IMG/VR virus record: IMGVR_UViG_3300025383_000009
From: a virus
Taxonomy: Duplodnaviria; Caudoviricetes
Strand: one strand, 5' to 3'
Length of the DNA stretch: 64,000 nt
Below, one piece after another: positions 44,764-53,851 of this stretch (the first letter of the stretch is position 1; each line of letters starts with the position of its first letter). The position numbers were made by a program, and so were the translations under genes. The notes below the pieces were generated by a model that saw only the letters and a program-made list of their open reading frames with translations, ran no database searches and had not been told where the DNA came from.

Positions 44764-45363
44764 TTATTTTATCGTGGTAACAGAGCCATCTTCCTTGGCC
44801 ATGTATGCCTCAAAAGTTATAGATGGGAACTCTTTCTTTAGTTTTAAAAATTCTTTTAGGTTACTCATACTGTCATCAAATAGTCTTACCCTTGAGAACT
44901 GTCTTGTCTTAAGGTAGTTCCTAATGATAATAGCTTTCTTAAAAGCTGGGATCATTTGCCCTTCGATCCTACCGGCTCTCTCGATCCTAACCTTATTTAT
45001 TGGAAACCCATACTTACTAAAAGTAGCAAGTACTTTGTTCTTATCATCAAAGTTATTCCTAGCTGTGATGATGACTACTTTACTATTAGGTGTATTAGCT
45101 GCGTTCTTAGCGATGGCTCTAGCTTTGTTAAACATCTTAGAGATCGGTGTAGACTCTTTAAGAAACTTCTCGGAGCTAGCAAATTGGGTGAAGTCAAACT
45201 TCTCCCCTGGCTTCAACTTATAATCGTTGAACTGTTGGTTGGTGAGTGTCTTTACTACCTGCCCATTCTTGACCACTCCTACTTGTGCCGTAGTCTTGAA
45301 TAAGGTATCATCTATATCAAATATAGTAAGACCACCATTTAGGTTTTGTAATTCTTCAGCCAT
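44764..45363 (-). CDS. HAD-superfamily phosphatase
   Basis: FDIDDTLF, IITAR, LFDDSMSNL. Confidence 0.8.
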   Translation of the reverse strand: MAEELQNLNGGLTIFDIDDTLFKTTAQVGVVKNGQVVKTLTNQQFNDYKLKPGEKFDFTQFASSEKFLKESTPISKMFNKARAIAKNAANTPNSKVVIITARNNFDDKNKVLATFSKYGFPINKVRIERAGRIEGQMIPAFKKAIIIRNYLKTRQFSRVRLFDDSMSNLKEFLKLKKEFPSITFEAYMAKEDGSVTTIK

Positions 45364-45391
45364 GATCCATCGATAAAAGTAAATTATTAAT

Positions 45392-45399
45392 TATTTATA
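45392..45399 (-). promoter_or_regulatory. T4 late promoter heading the CTS cluster
   Basis: TATAAATA just downstream of the gp41 terminator. Confidence 0.78.
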
Positions 45400-45401
45400 A
45401 T

Positions 45402-45426
45402 AAAAAAAGGCTACCGAAGTAGCCCT
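45402..45426 (-). terminator. Rho-independent terminator after gene 41
   Basis: GGCTAC-TTCG-GTAGCC + T7 (UUCG tetraloop). Confidence 0.9.
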
Positions 45427-45429
45427 TTG

Positions 45430-46818
45430 TTAGAACTTGAATCCCGAGAATTCCTCGGTGGCCACCCGTTTGCCAAAGTCGGACTTATCAAAGACTGGTC
45501 TATCATCTTGACCAGAGTCTGCTATGCCTTTCTGAGCTGTGACCTCTACATCATATAGCTTCATCTTAGACCTATCCACACCAATCACAAAACGTTTATA
45601 ATATGATGGATCATTATATCGATTCTTAAGCTGCTTGACCATGATCTGACCAAGGCCCTCAAGATCCTCTGTGGATATAAGAGCTAACATGAGATCAACA
45701 GTTGCTGGCAAACCAAAGGATTCGGATGTGTCCTCAAGACCTGGGTCGGAGTTCGTAAAACCGGACCGAGTAGTCTGTGTGGCACTCACGATAGGTACAT
45801 TATACTCAACTGCCAAACCCCTTAGTTCCTCAGCAATCGTCTTGACATAGGTATAACTGTTTACGTTAGCCCCATATCGAAGTCGTTGTGAACTACAAAT
45901 ATTTAGATAGTCAATGTAGATAATGTCAGGTTGAAACTCTTGTTTAAGTTTTAACTCTTCAAGTAATGCCCTAAAATGACCAGCATGGGCACCGGCAGTT
46001 GGGTATTCCTTGATGATCAACTTACCTTGAGACTTCTTCCTGACCTTATCTAAACGACTATCAAAGATGGGCTTATCGACCACCTTCAACTCATCCATAG
46101 AGAGGTTAAGTAAGTTTGCATCGACACGTTCTGCGATACGTTCCTCTGCCATCTCCATGGTAATATACAACACGTTCTTATTATCAAGTAGGTTTGCTGC
46201 CGCACAATGACACATGAATAATGACTTACCCACGCCTGTACCTGCTAACACTACGTTCAACGTCTTCTTACTTAGACCACCCTTAGTGATCTTATTAAGC
46301 ATATCCAAGTCAAACTTAATCTTTTCTTCTACATGATGATAAAACTCATACCTTTGATCAGAATCAGCAAGATAGGAATGCCCAACATGACTATCGAAAC
46401 TAACGCCAAGAGCATCTGAAAGGAGGCTAGGGATAGCATCCTCTGACCTATTTTTGTCTTTGCCATCGATGATACCGATCGCGTCGAGGATTGCATTATA
46501 GACTGCTTTCTTTTGGCAAAAGTTTTCTGTTTCATTTAATAACCACTCCTCATTAGTGTCTTGTTGTTTCAGTTCAGAGATCAATTGCTGTTGATCTTTT
46601 AAATCGCTGTCAGAGATGTCCTTACGGTTGTTTACTTCTATCGCAAGGATCTCTGGTGTTATTGGTTTGTTATACGTTTCAAAGAACTTAGATATCTCTT
46701 CGAATACGATTGCTTCTTTACGTTCAGAAAAGTACCTACGTTTTAAGAATGGTATGACCTTACGGCTATACTCTTCATTGAATATAAGGTTACTTAGTAT
46801 GGTTGTTTCAATCCTCAT
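45430..46818 (-). CDS. 41: Replicative DNA helicase
   Basis: AGTGVGKS, ITMEMAEE, IDYLN, SATQTTRSG, SESFGLPATVD. Confidence 0.96.
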   Translation of the reverse strand: MRIETTILSNLIFNEEYSRKVIPFLKRRYFSERKEAIVFEEISKFFETYNKPITPEILAIEVNNRKDISDSDLKDQQQLISELKQQDTNEEWLLNETENFCQKKAVYNAILDAIGIIDGKDKNRSEDAIPSLLSDALGVSFDSHVGHSYLADSDQRYEFYHHVEEKIKFDLDMLNKITKGGLSKKTLNVVLAGTGVGKSLFMCHCAAANLLDNKNVLYITMEMAEERIAERVDANLLNLSMDELKVVDKPIFDSRLDKVRKKSQGKLIIKEYPTAGAHAGHFRALLEELKLKQEFQPDIIYIDYLNICSSQRLRYGANVNSYTYVKTIAEELRGLAVEYNVPIVSATQTTRSGFTNSDPGLEDTSESFGLPATVDLMLALISTEDLEGLGQIMVKQLKNRYNDPSYYKRFVIGVDRSKMKLYDVEVTAQKGIADSGQDDRPVFDKSDFGKRVATEEFSGFKF

Positions 46819-47113
46819 CGACACCGCCTGTATAAATTAAATCATTCTTCTTTACACCATCATCAAGCATCTGCATCAATAGATCTCCCACAAACCGTTC
46901 AAACTGGTTTATTTCAGCTTGTGTTTGGAACTCTACTGGATTCTCTATTATATCATAGTGGTACTTTAAAGTACAGTTATCTTGCTCAGGGTTTTCCTTA
47001 AGCTCAACTTTACCCATTAGGAACTTGATACCTTGATATTGGCCCTCAGTGATCTCGATCCCATACTTGTCTACTGAGTATGGGAACTCTTCATATTGGA
47101 TCTTATGCAACAA
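46808..47113 (-). CDS. Hypothetical protein (position of T4 gp40)
   Basis: Lies between uvsX and 41; assignment by synteny only. Confidence 0.5.
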   Translation of the reverse strand: MLHKIQYEEFPYSVDKYGIEITEGQYQGIKFLMGKVELKENPEQDNCTLKYHYDIIENPVEFQTQAEINQFERFVGDLLMQMLDDGVKKNDLIYTGGVDED

Positions 47114-48185
47114 GGTCTTCGTCCTCTATTGCTGCTAGAGATTCATCGATGTCTATATCCTCATCTCGAATGATAGCACCATGAGCGACTTGATACTTGT
47201 CTTTGACTGCATCTTGGAAAGTTTTATCAGTCAAGATGGGCAACCAAAACTCTTTAGAGTCTGTATCCTTGATTCGATACTTATCACCGATCTCACCAGT
47301 ATCTTTGTTTAAGCGAGCAAACCAACCAACAGATGGCTTAACCACATGACCAGTTTCGAGAGCAATATCAAGAAGGCCAGACCACTTGCTAATACCGCCA
47401 TCAAAACTAACAGTAACAGGTATCTTACTTTTTTCTCTGACATATCTAGATTTCTCCACATTAATAATAAAGTTCCAACCAGTTAACTCTGTACCATCCT
47501 TATCTTGTTGACGACCAAGGATGTAGATGTTATCTGCTGAATAGTATGAGCCTGTACCACCACCAACTACTGGTTTAGAGTACATCTCCATAGTCATGTA
47601 AGTATGGTTAACAACAACCATCGGGATATCTTTAAGTGTAAGGTGCGGTGTAACCATACGGAATAATGACTTGATTTGTTTTGCTCTTGACATATCTGCA
47701 ACAGATTTACCGTCAAGCGTATCTTCAACTTCCTTCTTAGAAGCAAGGTTACCGATTGAGTCGATGATAATCATGATCTTGTCATCACGCTCGATGCCTT
47801 GGATCTGCTTCATGATATCAAACTTAAGCTGCTCTACGTCTGTAACTGGAGTATGTAGCACCCTTGTTTGGTCGATACCAAACGATTCAAAGTACGATTG
47901 AGGTGTACCAAACTCTGAATCATAGAATAATAATACTGAATCTTTGTATTTGTCCATGTAAGACTTAGCCATCAGCAATGAGAAAGCTGTCTTAAAGTGT
48001 TTGGATGGACCTGCCCACATCGTTAGACCGGGTGTTAAACCACCGTCAAGTCTACCACTCAATGCAATGTTGATTGCTGGAATGGATGTAGGTATCATGT
48101 CCTTCTTTGTAAAGAACTTAGACTTGGATAATACTTCCGAGTCCTTGATCGTTGAGTTACTTCTGATCTTATCTAATAATCCCAT
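47103..48185 (-). CDS. uvsX: RecA-like recombinase UvsX
   Basis: GPSKHFKT, FYDSEFG, DSIGNLASKKE, DMSRAK. Confidence 0.95.
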   Translation of the reverse strand: MGLLDKIRSNSTIKDSEVLSKSKFFTKKDMIPTSIPAINIALSGRLDGGLTPGLTMWAGPSKHFKTAFSLLMAKSYMDKYKDSVLLFYDSEFGTPQSYFESFGIDQTRVLHTPVTDVEQLKFDIMKQIQGIERDDKIMIIIDSIGNLASKKEVEDTLDGKSVADMSRAKQIKSLFRMVTPHLTLKDIPMVVVNHTYMTMEMYSKPVVGGGTGSYYSADNIYILGRQQDKDGTELTGWNFIINVEKSRYVREKSKIPVTVSFDGGISKWSGLLDIALETGHVVKPSVGWFARLNKDTGEIGDKYRIKDTDSKEFWLPILTDKTFQDAVKDKYQVAHGAIIRDEDIDIDESLAAIEDEDLVA

Positions 48186-48194
48186 GATTTTTCC

Positions 48195-48383
48195 TTATTT
48201 TGTTTTTCTATCAATTTGATTCTGGATCTTACGTTTCTCTTTCTTTGCTGCAGTCTTTTCTAACAACGCTGTTAGTCTTGCTAGGTTATAACCTCTGATA
48301 CGAGGTTTACCGTTCTTATATGTATCAGGATTATTGTGTCTTTTTCCTGGATGAACTTTACCGCCTTTGCCTGGTTGCGCCAT
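48195..48383 (-). CDS. Small basic protein (VHPGKR family), paralog of 10980-11222
   Basis: VHPGKR, GKPR, NL-L-LLEKT, KK-K-KIQ; SD GAGGAG. Confidence 0.65.
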   Translation of the reverse strand: MAQPGKGGKVHPGKRHNNPDTYKNGKPRIRGYNLARLTALLEKTAAKKEKRKIQNQIDRKTK

Positions 48384-48385
48384 GA

Positions 48386-48841
48386 TTACTCCTCATTGAT
48401 TACAAATACTGCAACACCAGCTTCAGCAAACATTGCTATGGACTTTTTCCATGAATCGTTCCAATGTGGCCTAGCTTCGATGCACTGTTTTGATACTACT
48501 ACTTTCTTAATCCCTACTTGGATGATACCCTTTGCACACTCTGAGCATGCTGGTAAACCATGAATGAATATGGTTGAACCGTCTAATGATACGCCTGAGT
48601 ATGTAGCATTATATATTGCATTCATCTCAGCATGTACAATTAATGATAGCTTTAGTTCTCTATCACTTAATCTTTTATTTGAATCAGCTATACCTCTTGG
48701 AAAACCATTATAGCCTTGAGATAAGATCTGACCCTTTGATCCAACTACCACTGCACCAACTTGTGTGTTAGGGTCTTTTGACCATGTAGCTACTTCTTTT
48801 GCAAGCTTGAGGTATCGCTTATACCATTTATTGATCGCCAT
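48386..48841 (-). CDS. cd: dCMP deaminase
   Basis: SKDP-TQVGAV, GYNGFPRG, HAEMNA, PACSEC. Confidence 0.92.
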   Translation of the reverse strand: MAINKWYKRYLKLAKEVATWSKDPNTQVGAVVVGSKGQILSQGYNGFPRGIADSNKRLSDRELKLSLIVHAEMNAIYNATYSGVSLDGSTIFIHGLPACSECAKGIIQVGIKKVVVSKQCIEARPHWNDSWKKSIAMFAEAGVAVFVINEE

Positions 48842-49511
48842 CGATGAACTTAAAATGCCTTTCATAAACATGAAGAGATGCTACGTTCCAATAGATATCA
48901 CCAATTTCAAGTGTTTCTAACCATTCGTTTCTTAAGTCTATTACTAGCTGTTCCAATACATGTTTTTGCCATGCATAATCGTTCTTATAACCAAACACGG
49001 CATCATTTGATCTCATATAGACCAATGCGTTTACTTTATTGTTCCTGATAAGATACTGCACTGCATTAGTACACATAAAGTCTGACATACCACCTTTGTT
49101 ATAATCATCATGCATAGTAGGACGATTATAGATCATTGTAGCTCTACGAGATAGTGGGTTCTTTATGAGTTCATTAAGTACGTTCTCATATTGATCTCCA
49201 TTCTGTTGCGAATAGATGCACCACCCATAGTTTGAGTTGATATATCCATTAGGGTTTGCAACCATTTTCCAGATTTCTGGTGGTCCACCTGGGATGTCAT
49301 TAACGTTAAGTGACATTGACTTATACCATTCTAATTCTCTTTCTACATAGTCATGATTGACTGTACCAAAGATTGATGGTTCATTAGCAAAGAATGCTGC
49401 GTTTATGATCTCAACTGTCTTGACACCAGTCTTATCAGTAACGAAGTCGCCCATCTTTAACTTCTCTTTAAAGATGTTTCTGATATTACTTACACCATAG
49501 ACTGTACTCAT
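48828..49511 (-). CDS. 42: Thymidylate-synthase-family dCMP hydroxymethylase (T4 gp42-like)
   Basis: DFMCTNAVQYLIR, MRSNDAVFGYKNDYAWQ, WNVASLHVYERHF closely match T4 gp42 as recalled; Asp at the specificity position. Confidence 0.8.
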   Translation of the reverse strand: MSTVYGVSNIRNIFKEKLKMGDFVTDKTGVKTVEIINAAFFANEPSIFGTVNHDYVERELEWYKSMSLNVNDIPGGPPEIWKMVANPNGYINSNYGWCIYSQQNGDQYENVLNELIKNPLSRRATMIYNRPTMHDDYNKGGMSDFMCTNAVQYLIRNNKVNALVYMRSNDAVFGYKNDYAWQKHVLEQLVIDLRNEWLETLEIGDIYWNVASLHVYERHFKFIDGDQ

Positions 49512-49849
49512 TTTGTCACCTTCTTATTAAAGATGTCTCGATCTTTGGTTTGACCAGGAACTTGATGTCTAAGGTATGCTACCACAAAGGATGCATAGTT
49601 GATCATGTCAAGAGCAGAGTCTTCAACTGATTCATAGTTAGGTTTACCACCGGCTTCTTGTGCTTCTAATACAGATACCATTCGAAGGTATTTTGCTTTG
49701 ATGATGTCAAGCAATGTCCATACACCATGCTCATAGTAGTCGGCTTGTTGCACACGACTTGAGGCATTGTTATAGTCATTGCCTTTCTTTTCTTGGATAT
49801 CAGCAGCTTCTAATAAGATGTTTGCTGACGGTCTTGAATACTGTTTCAT
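49508..49849 (-). CDS. Nucleotide-modification-associated domain protein (DUF1599/Nmad1-like)
   Basis: KKGNDY, K-LRM, ESVEDSALDMINYASF. Confidence 0.65.
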   Translation of the reverse strand: MKQYSRPSANILLEAADIQEKKGNDYNNASSRVQQADYYEHGVWTLLDIIKAKYLRMVSVLEAQEAGGKPNYESVEDSALDMINYASFVVAYLRHQVPGQTKDRDIFNKKVTK

Positions 49850-49874
49850 AATATAACTCCCATGTTATAGATAC

Positions 49875-49903
49875 ATAATACCACAATTAATATATAAAGT
49901 AAA
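49875..49903 (-). promoter_or_regulatory. sigma70-type promoter
   Basis: TTTACT-N17-TATTAT. Confidence 0.6.
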
Positions 49904-49904
49904 A

Positions 49905-50312
49905 TTATTTTTTAACCCAACCTCTACCATTCCAATCATAGATCCCATTCAATTCATAGTCATCTGATTCTTTGTCATTGATCCATATATAGACACGAGT
50001 AGGATGCGTCCTCCATGACTCTTGTATACGTTCTGCACACCTATCTAATATGTATGGTACATTGCCTATATGTTGTGTAACTTTAACCTCAATAGGCGTA
50101 TCATCGGGTTCAAATAGATCTTTATATGGTCTAGTATCATCGATGTATCCTATCGATAGTAGGTATACCTCTGCTGCTTGACCGTATAAGCATGCTTCAA
50201 GGATCTGTTGGTAGTTTCTACCAGTCTTGTCTTTAACAACTATCTTACTAGCCTCTGCCTCAGCTCGAGCTAATAATAATTGCTGGTCTAGTTTTGATCT
50301 ATTAAATTTCAA
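49905..50312 (-). CDS. Hypothetical protein, possible small PD-(D/E)xK fold
   Basis: GQAAE...YKDL...IEVK. Confidence 0.45.
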   Translation of the reverse strand: MKFNRSKLDQQLLLARAEAEASKIVVKDKTGRNYQQILEACLYGQAAEVYLLSIGYIDDTRPYKDLFEPDDTPIEVKVTQHIGNVPYILDRCAERIQESWRTHPTRVYIWINDKESDDYELNGIYDWNGRGWVKK

Positions 50313-50710
50313 TCGTAGATCTTTTCAAATAATCCGATGTTACCAACATGAGTAGGTGCAACCCAGCCTTCAGGCTTAATAAGATCCGGTAAACCTAGTG
50401 GGTTTGGTCTTGATGCTTTAATACCGACCTCCTTAGTAATATTTGCTGTATACACTTTATCCCATGCCATATTAGCATGTACATCAAATAAATCCAATGT
50501 GCCTATAGCAAACACAGATAAGTCGATCAATGCATCCACCGCATCATCACCGTTCTTTGCTGCTTTAAGTTCATCAAGTTCTTCTTGTAAACACTTGATG
50601 CGGAACTCAAGGAACTCTGCTAACTTATTAGCATCCATCTTTTGCACTACTTCTTTTACACCAAACTTATGGTGCATCTCACTCATATCTTTTGCCCAGT
50701 TGTAACTCAT
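50309..50710 (-). CDS. MazG-like NTP pyrophosphohydrolase
   Basis: LQEELDEL, VDALIDL, AWDKV--AN, IKPEGW. Confidence 0.8.
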   Translation of the reverse strand: MSYNWAKDMSEMHHKFGVKEVVQKMDANKLAEFLEFRIKCLQEELDELKAAKNGDDAVDALIDLSVFAIGTLDLFDVHANMAWDKVYTANITKEVGIKASRPNPLGLPDLIKPEGWVAPTHVGNIGLFEKIYD

Positions 50711-51049
50711 TTACTTGCCTTTCTTTTCTTTAAGTGAATTAATAATTTGCACGGCTTCCACTGACAATTCTTGTCTACTTCTTTTTTGCATATTTCGCAC
50801 TTCATATTTTACCTTTACTCTACAAAAATTCTTATGTTGAAACATGTGAAACGTACTACAATCTTTATCTACTATCTTACTTATTGCATGGTCAGTCAAT
50901 GTCTTACCTGTAGACACTGATGATAATCCATCACCCACTGTCTTTACTTCAGATGCTACCTTAATAGCTTCAATTGTACCAGGATTTAAAGCTATACATC
51001 CATTGATACTAACCAAAGAAAGACTCAAGAGAAGCTTTCTCTTCAGCAT
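50711..51049 (-). CDS. Small lipoprotein
   Basis: Lipobox INGC; TGKTLTDHAIS---KDC. Confidence 0.55.
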   Translation of the reverse strand: MLKRKLLLSLSLVSINGCIALNPGTIEAIKVASEVKTVGDGLSSVSTGKTLTDHAISKIVDKDCSTFHMFQHKNFCRVKVKYEVRNMQKRSRQELSVEAVQIINSLKEKKGK

Positions 51050-53492
51050 GCCATCCTAACGGATCAATAACAATGTTTAGTGCATCGAGGAATACCTTCT
51101 CGAACTGTAGATCATAATCTATATAGTCATCAAGACCAAACTCAGATGGTAATACACTATTAAACGAGATGACGTTCTCATTGATAGGGTTTGGTGTACG
51201 TAGGTACACAAACTTGATCTTGTTTCCATTAGTGATAGGCTCATACTTACGTGTTAAGCCTTTCATCTTGAGGTAGTGGTTAAACAGTAGTGCACCCCGA
51301 ACTTGGATAGGTGTACCTTTCTTGTATATCGGTGTGCCGCTGTATTCTTTTAAGGAAGATACCGATCTAGGAAAAGACACATCAGGGATAGAGAGTTTCT
51401 GGAAATCCTTCTTGAATTCTTTGACGAACGTCTGAAGTGCACTTTGGTCCTTATGCAAGATGACCTCAAGTGCATCCTTGAGTTTCTTGCGTACGACAGC
51501 AGGTGTCGACGATTTGACCATTTCAAGGCCCATAACTTTAATCTTAGGTTTCGCATATTGTACTCCTTCGGAATTATGTACGTTTAACACATATCGTTTC
51601 TTGGCAACCCATATTGCCTTATCAGCCAACACTTCGCGTTTCATCGACATCTTTTGTGCATAGGCATTCATGTACTCTGCGAGTTCTTGATACCCACCAT
51701 CAATGAATGGTTGGATAACCTGTTCACATGTCTTATCCATAAACTTAATCTTATCTTCAGGTGTTTTACCTGCACACACCTTCTCAACTAGATCTTCGAG
51801 TGATAGATAGATCGAATCGGTGTCGATAGCGATCACATAGTCTTTGTCATCAGTCTTGAGTGTCTTGTTCATAAACTGATTAAGCTTGTTAGCCATCCAT
51901 CGAATACTTAGTTGACCTGACAGTGTGATGCCTTCTGCGATACGTAGATCATAGTATCTAAAGTACTTATTACCGATCGCACCGTAAGCTGAGTTCAATG
52001 CGATCTTCATGGCCATCTGTAGGTTCTTGAGACGTGAGATGTCTTTGACCAACTGTGGATCTTTGTTATGTTCGTACTCTTGTTCAGCTTTTAACATCTG
52101 CTTCTTAAACTTAGAACGGTTGTTGTACATCTCTTCCATCAGTGCTGGTAAGAAACCTTTCTTATCTTTTGTGTAGCACCAACCATTACCTGATGTTGAT
52201 AGACCGACTGGTACATTCATCGGCGTTTTAGCTAATAGTTTATCCACGTTTATATCGATACGAGTATCAGTTAATGTTTCAGGTGACATGTTATACTGCA
52301 TGATAAGGTGTGGATACAGTGAGTTCAAGTCGAATGATGCAACCCATTTATGAGGACCAACGAGTGGATCCTTAACATAAGCACCTTCAAATACCTCTGA
52401 CTTGCCATTATCCTCTTTGAGAGGGATCGTGATGTTACGTTCATACAGGTAATTGAATATGATGCAGTCCCACATCCGTACAGGAGAGAATACATCCTCA
52501 TAGTTGATCTTAGAGCTATAAGCTAGAGTATAGACAAGTTCAATGAGCTTCATCTTATCTTCGAGTTCATCTACGAGTTCAGTATCGTGGATGTTATAAT
52601 CTACGAATGTTTTCCAATGATCAGTGTAGAAGTCTTTGAAGTTATCCTCAGGATTCTCAAGCTTCTTCTTGCCGAGTTCTACGCTTGCGATATAGTCAAG
52701 CTTATATGATTCTTGGTTTGTATAGGTAAACTTCTTATATAGGTCGAGGTAATCTAAGACTGATATACCTACAAAGTTATATGATTGGATCGATGTACCA
52801 CCACCCACATAAGCTTTCTTATCGTTAACTATACCCCATGGAGACATACGTTTGACATATTCATCACCTAGTACAAGACGGATCCGGTTGACAAGGTATG
52901 GTATATCGAATGCATTGATGTTCCAACCAGTGACCACATCAGGATAGTTGTTAGACCAAAATACGACGAACATCTTGAGTAAGTCTGATTCATCTTTACA
53001 GTGCATATACTTTACATCCTTACGATCAGTCATGTATGGACGAGAACCAAAAGTTACGATCTGTTTGTGATGGTTATCTTTAATAGTGATAAGCAATACT
53101 TCTTCGTTTGCTTCAGATACGTTTGGAAAACCATTCTCAGTTGCAGTCTCGATGTCGATTGAGAATAGCTTGATCATATCCTTATCCCAGTTTATGGTCT
53201 TAGGATAAGTCTCTGTGATGTATTGGTATTGGAATTGCGTTTGACCATGGAATGTAAAGCCTTCCACGTCTTTATAGCGTTCTACATATTCCATGCCTTC
53301 TTTGATGGATTCGAACTTAACAGGAGACACTGGTGTGCCTTCCAATGTATGCCAATCAGAATCACCATCTTTTTTAGGTACGAATAATGTGGGACGGTAA
53401 GGCACTTTACTCTTGAATGCTTGACCGTTATTGACATAACGGAGCAATAGAGAATTACCGTACTTGACTACGTTTGTATAGAATCTACTCAT
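51009..53492 (-). CDS. 43: B-family DNA polymerase
   Basis: Exo DIET, YNIHD; FDLNSLYP, KIALNSAYG, IDTDS. Confidence 0.97.
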   Translation of the reverse strand: MSRFYTNVVKYGNSLLLRYVNNGQAFKSKVPYRPTLFVPKKDGDSDWHTLEGTPVSPVKFESIKEGMEYVERYKDVEGFTFHGQTQFQYQYITETYPKTINWDKDMIKLFSIDIETATENGFPNVSEANEEVLLITIKDNHHKQIVTFGSRPYMTDRKDVKYMHCKDESDLLKMFVVFWSNNYPDVVTGWNINAFDIPYLVNRIRLVLGDEYVKRMSPWGIVNDKKAYVGGGTSIQSYNFVGISVLDYLDLYKKFTYTNQESYKLDYIASVELGKKKLENPEDNFKDFYTDHWKTFVDYNIHDTELVDELEDKMKLIELVYTLAYSSKINYEDVFSPVRMWDCIIFNYLYERNITIPLKEDNGKSEVFEGAYVKDPLVGPHKWVASFDLNSLYPHLIMQYNMSPETLTDTRIDINVDKLLAKTPMNVPVGLSTSGNGWCYTKDKKGFLPALMEEMYNNRSKFKKQMLKAEQEYEHNKDPQLVKDISRLKNLQMAMKIALNSAYGAIGNKYFRYYDLRIAEGITLSGQLSIRWMANKLNQFMNKTLKTDDKDYVIAIDTDSIYLSLEDLVEKVCAGKTPEDKIKFMDKTCEQVIQPFIDGGYQELAEYMNAYAQKMSMKREVLADKAIWVAKKRYVLNVHNSEGVQYAKPKIKVMGLEMVKSSTPAVVRKKLKDALEVILHKDQSALQTFVKEFKKDFQKLSIPDVSFPRSVSSLKEYSGTPIYKKGTPIQVRGALLFNHYLKMKGLTRKYEPITNGNKIKFVYLRTPNPINENVISFNSVLPSEFGLDDYIDYDLQFEKVFLDALNIVIDPLGWHAEEKASLESFFG

Positions 53493-53498
53493 GATATA

Positions 53499-53527
53499 AT
53501 TATACCACCAAAGTTATTTAATGTACA
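53499..53527 (-). promoter_or_regulatory. sigma70-type promoter, probably leaderless gp43 mRNA
   Basis: TGTACA-N17-TATAAT-N6-ATG. Confidence 0.78.
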
Positions 53528-53528
53528 C

Positions 53529-53816
53529 TTATTCCTTGACGGGATAGAAGTTTGTGGCAGGGAATGTAGATGAATCTCCACCAATCCATTGGATCTTGAT
53601 GTTACCCTTGATGGTTTGGTCATTAATCCAGCATCCTTTAAGATAATGCTTGTCAATCCTTTGTGCTGCAGCTCTCTTACCACCATATTGTTTAGGACAC
53701 TCATTATTTGATAAGACGATTCGTACATTCTCATTGTATTGATAGACCAAATATTCATCAGGCGCCTCAGCTGCATATACAACCAAAGGCAATAGTAAAA
53801 GCGTCAGATATTTCAT
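53529..53816 (-). CDS. Secreted/periplasmic small protein, paralog of 11468-11764
   Basis: Signal peptide; EYLV-YN-VRIVLS-C-GKRAAAQR-GCW; CATAAATA late-like promoter upstream. Confidence 0.7.
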   Translation of the reverse strand: MKYLTLLLLPLVVYAAEAPDEYLVYQYNENVRIVLSNNECPKQYGGKRAAAQRIDKHYLKGCWINDQTIKGNIKIQWIGGDSSTFPATNFYPVKE

Positions 53817-53851
53817 GATCGCTCCTTATTGAAGTAGGTTTTATATTTATG

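Noticed and set aside
48828-49511. Annotation as ordinary thymidylate synthase (thyA/td)
   Set aside because: Asp rather than Asn at the specificity position, and close motif match to T4 gp42
19733-53492. Group I introns or inteins in nrdA, nrdB, gp41, uvsX or gp43
   Set aside because: All are continuous ORFs of ordinary length with no intein Cys...HN motifs
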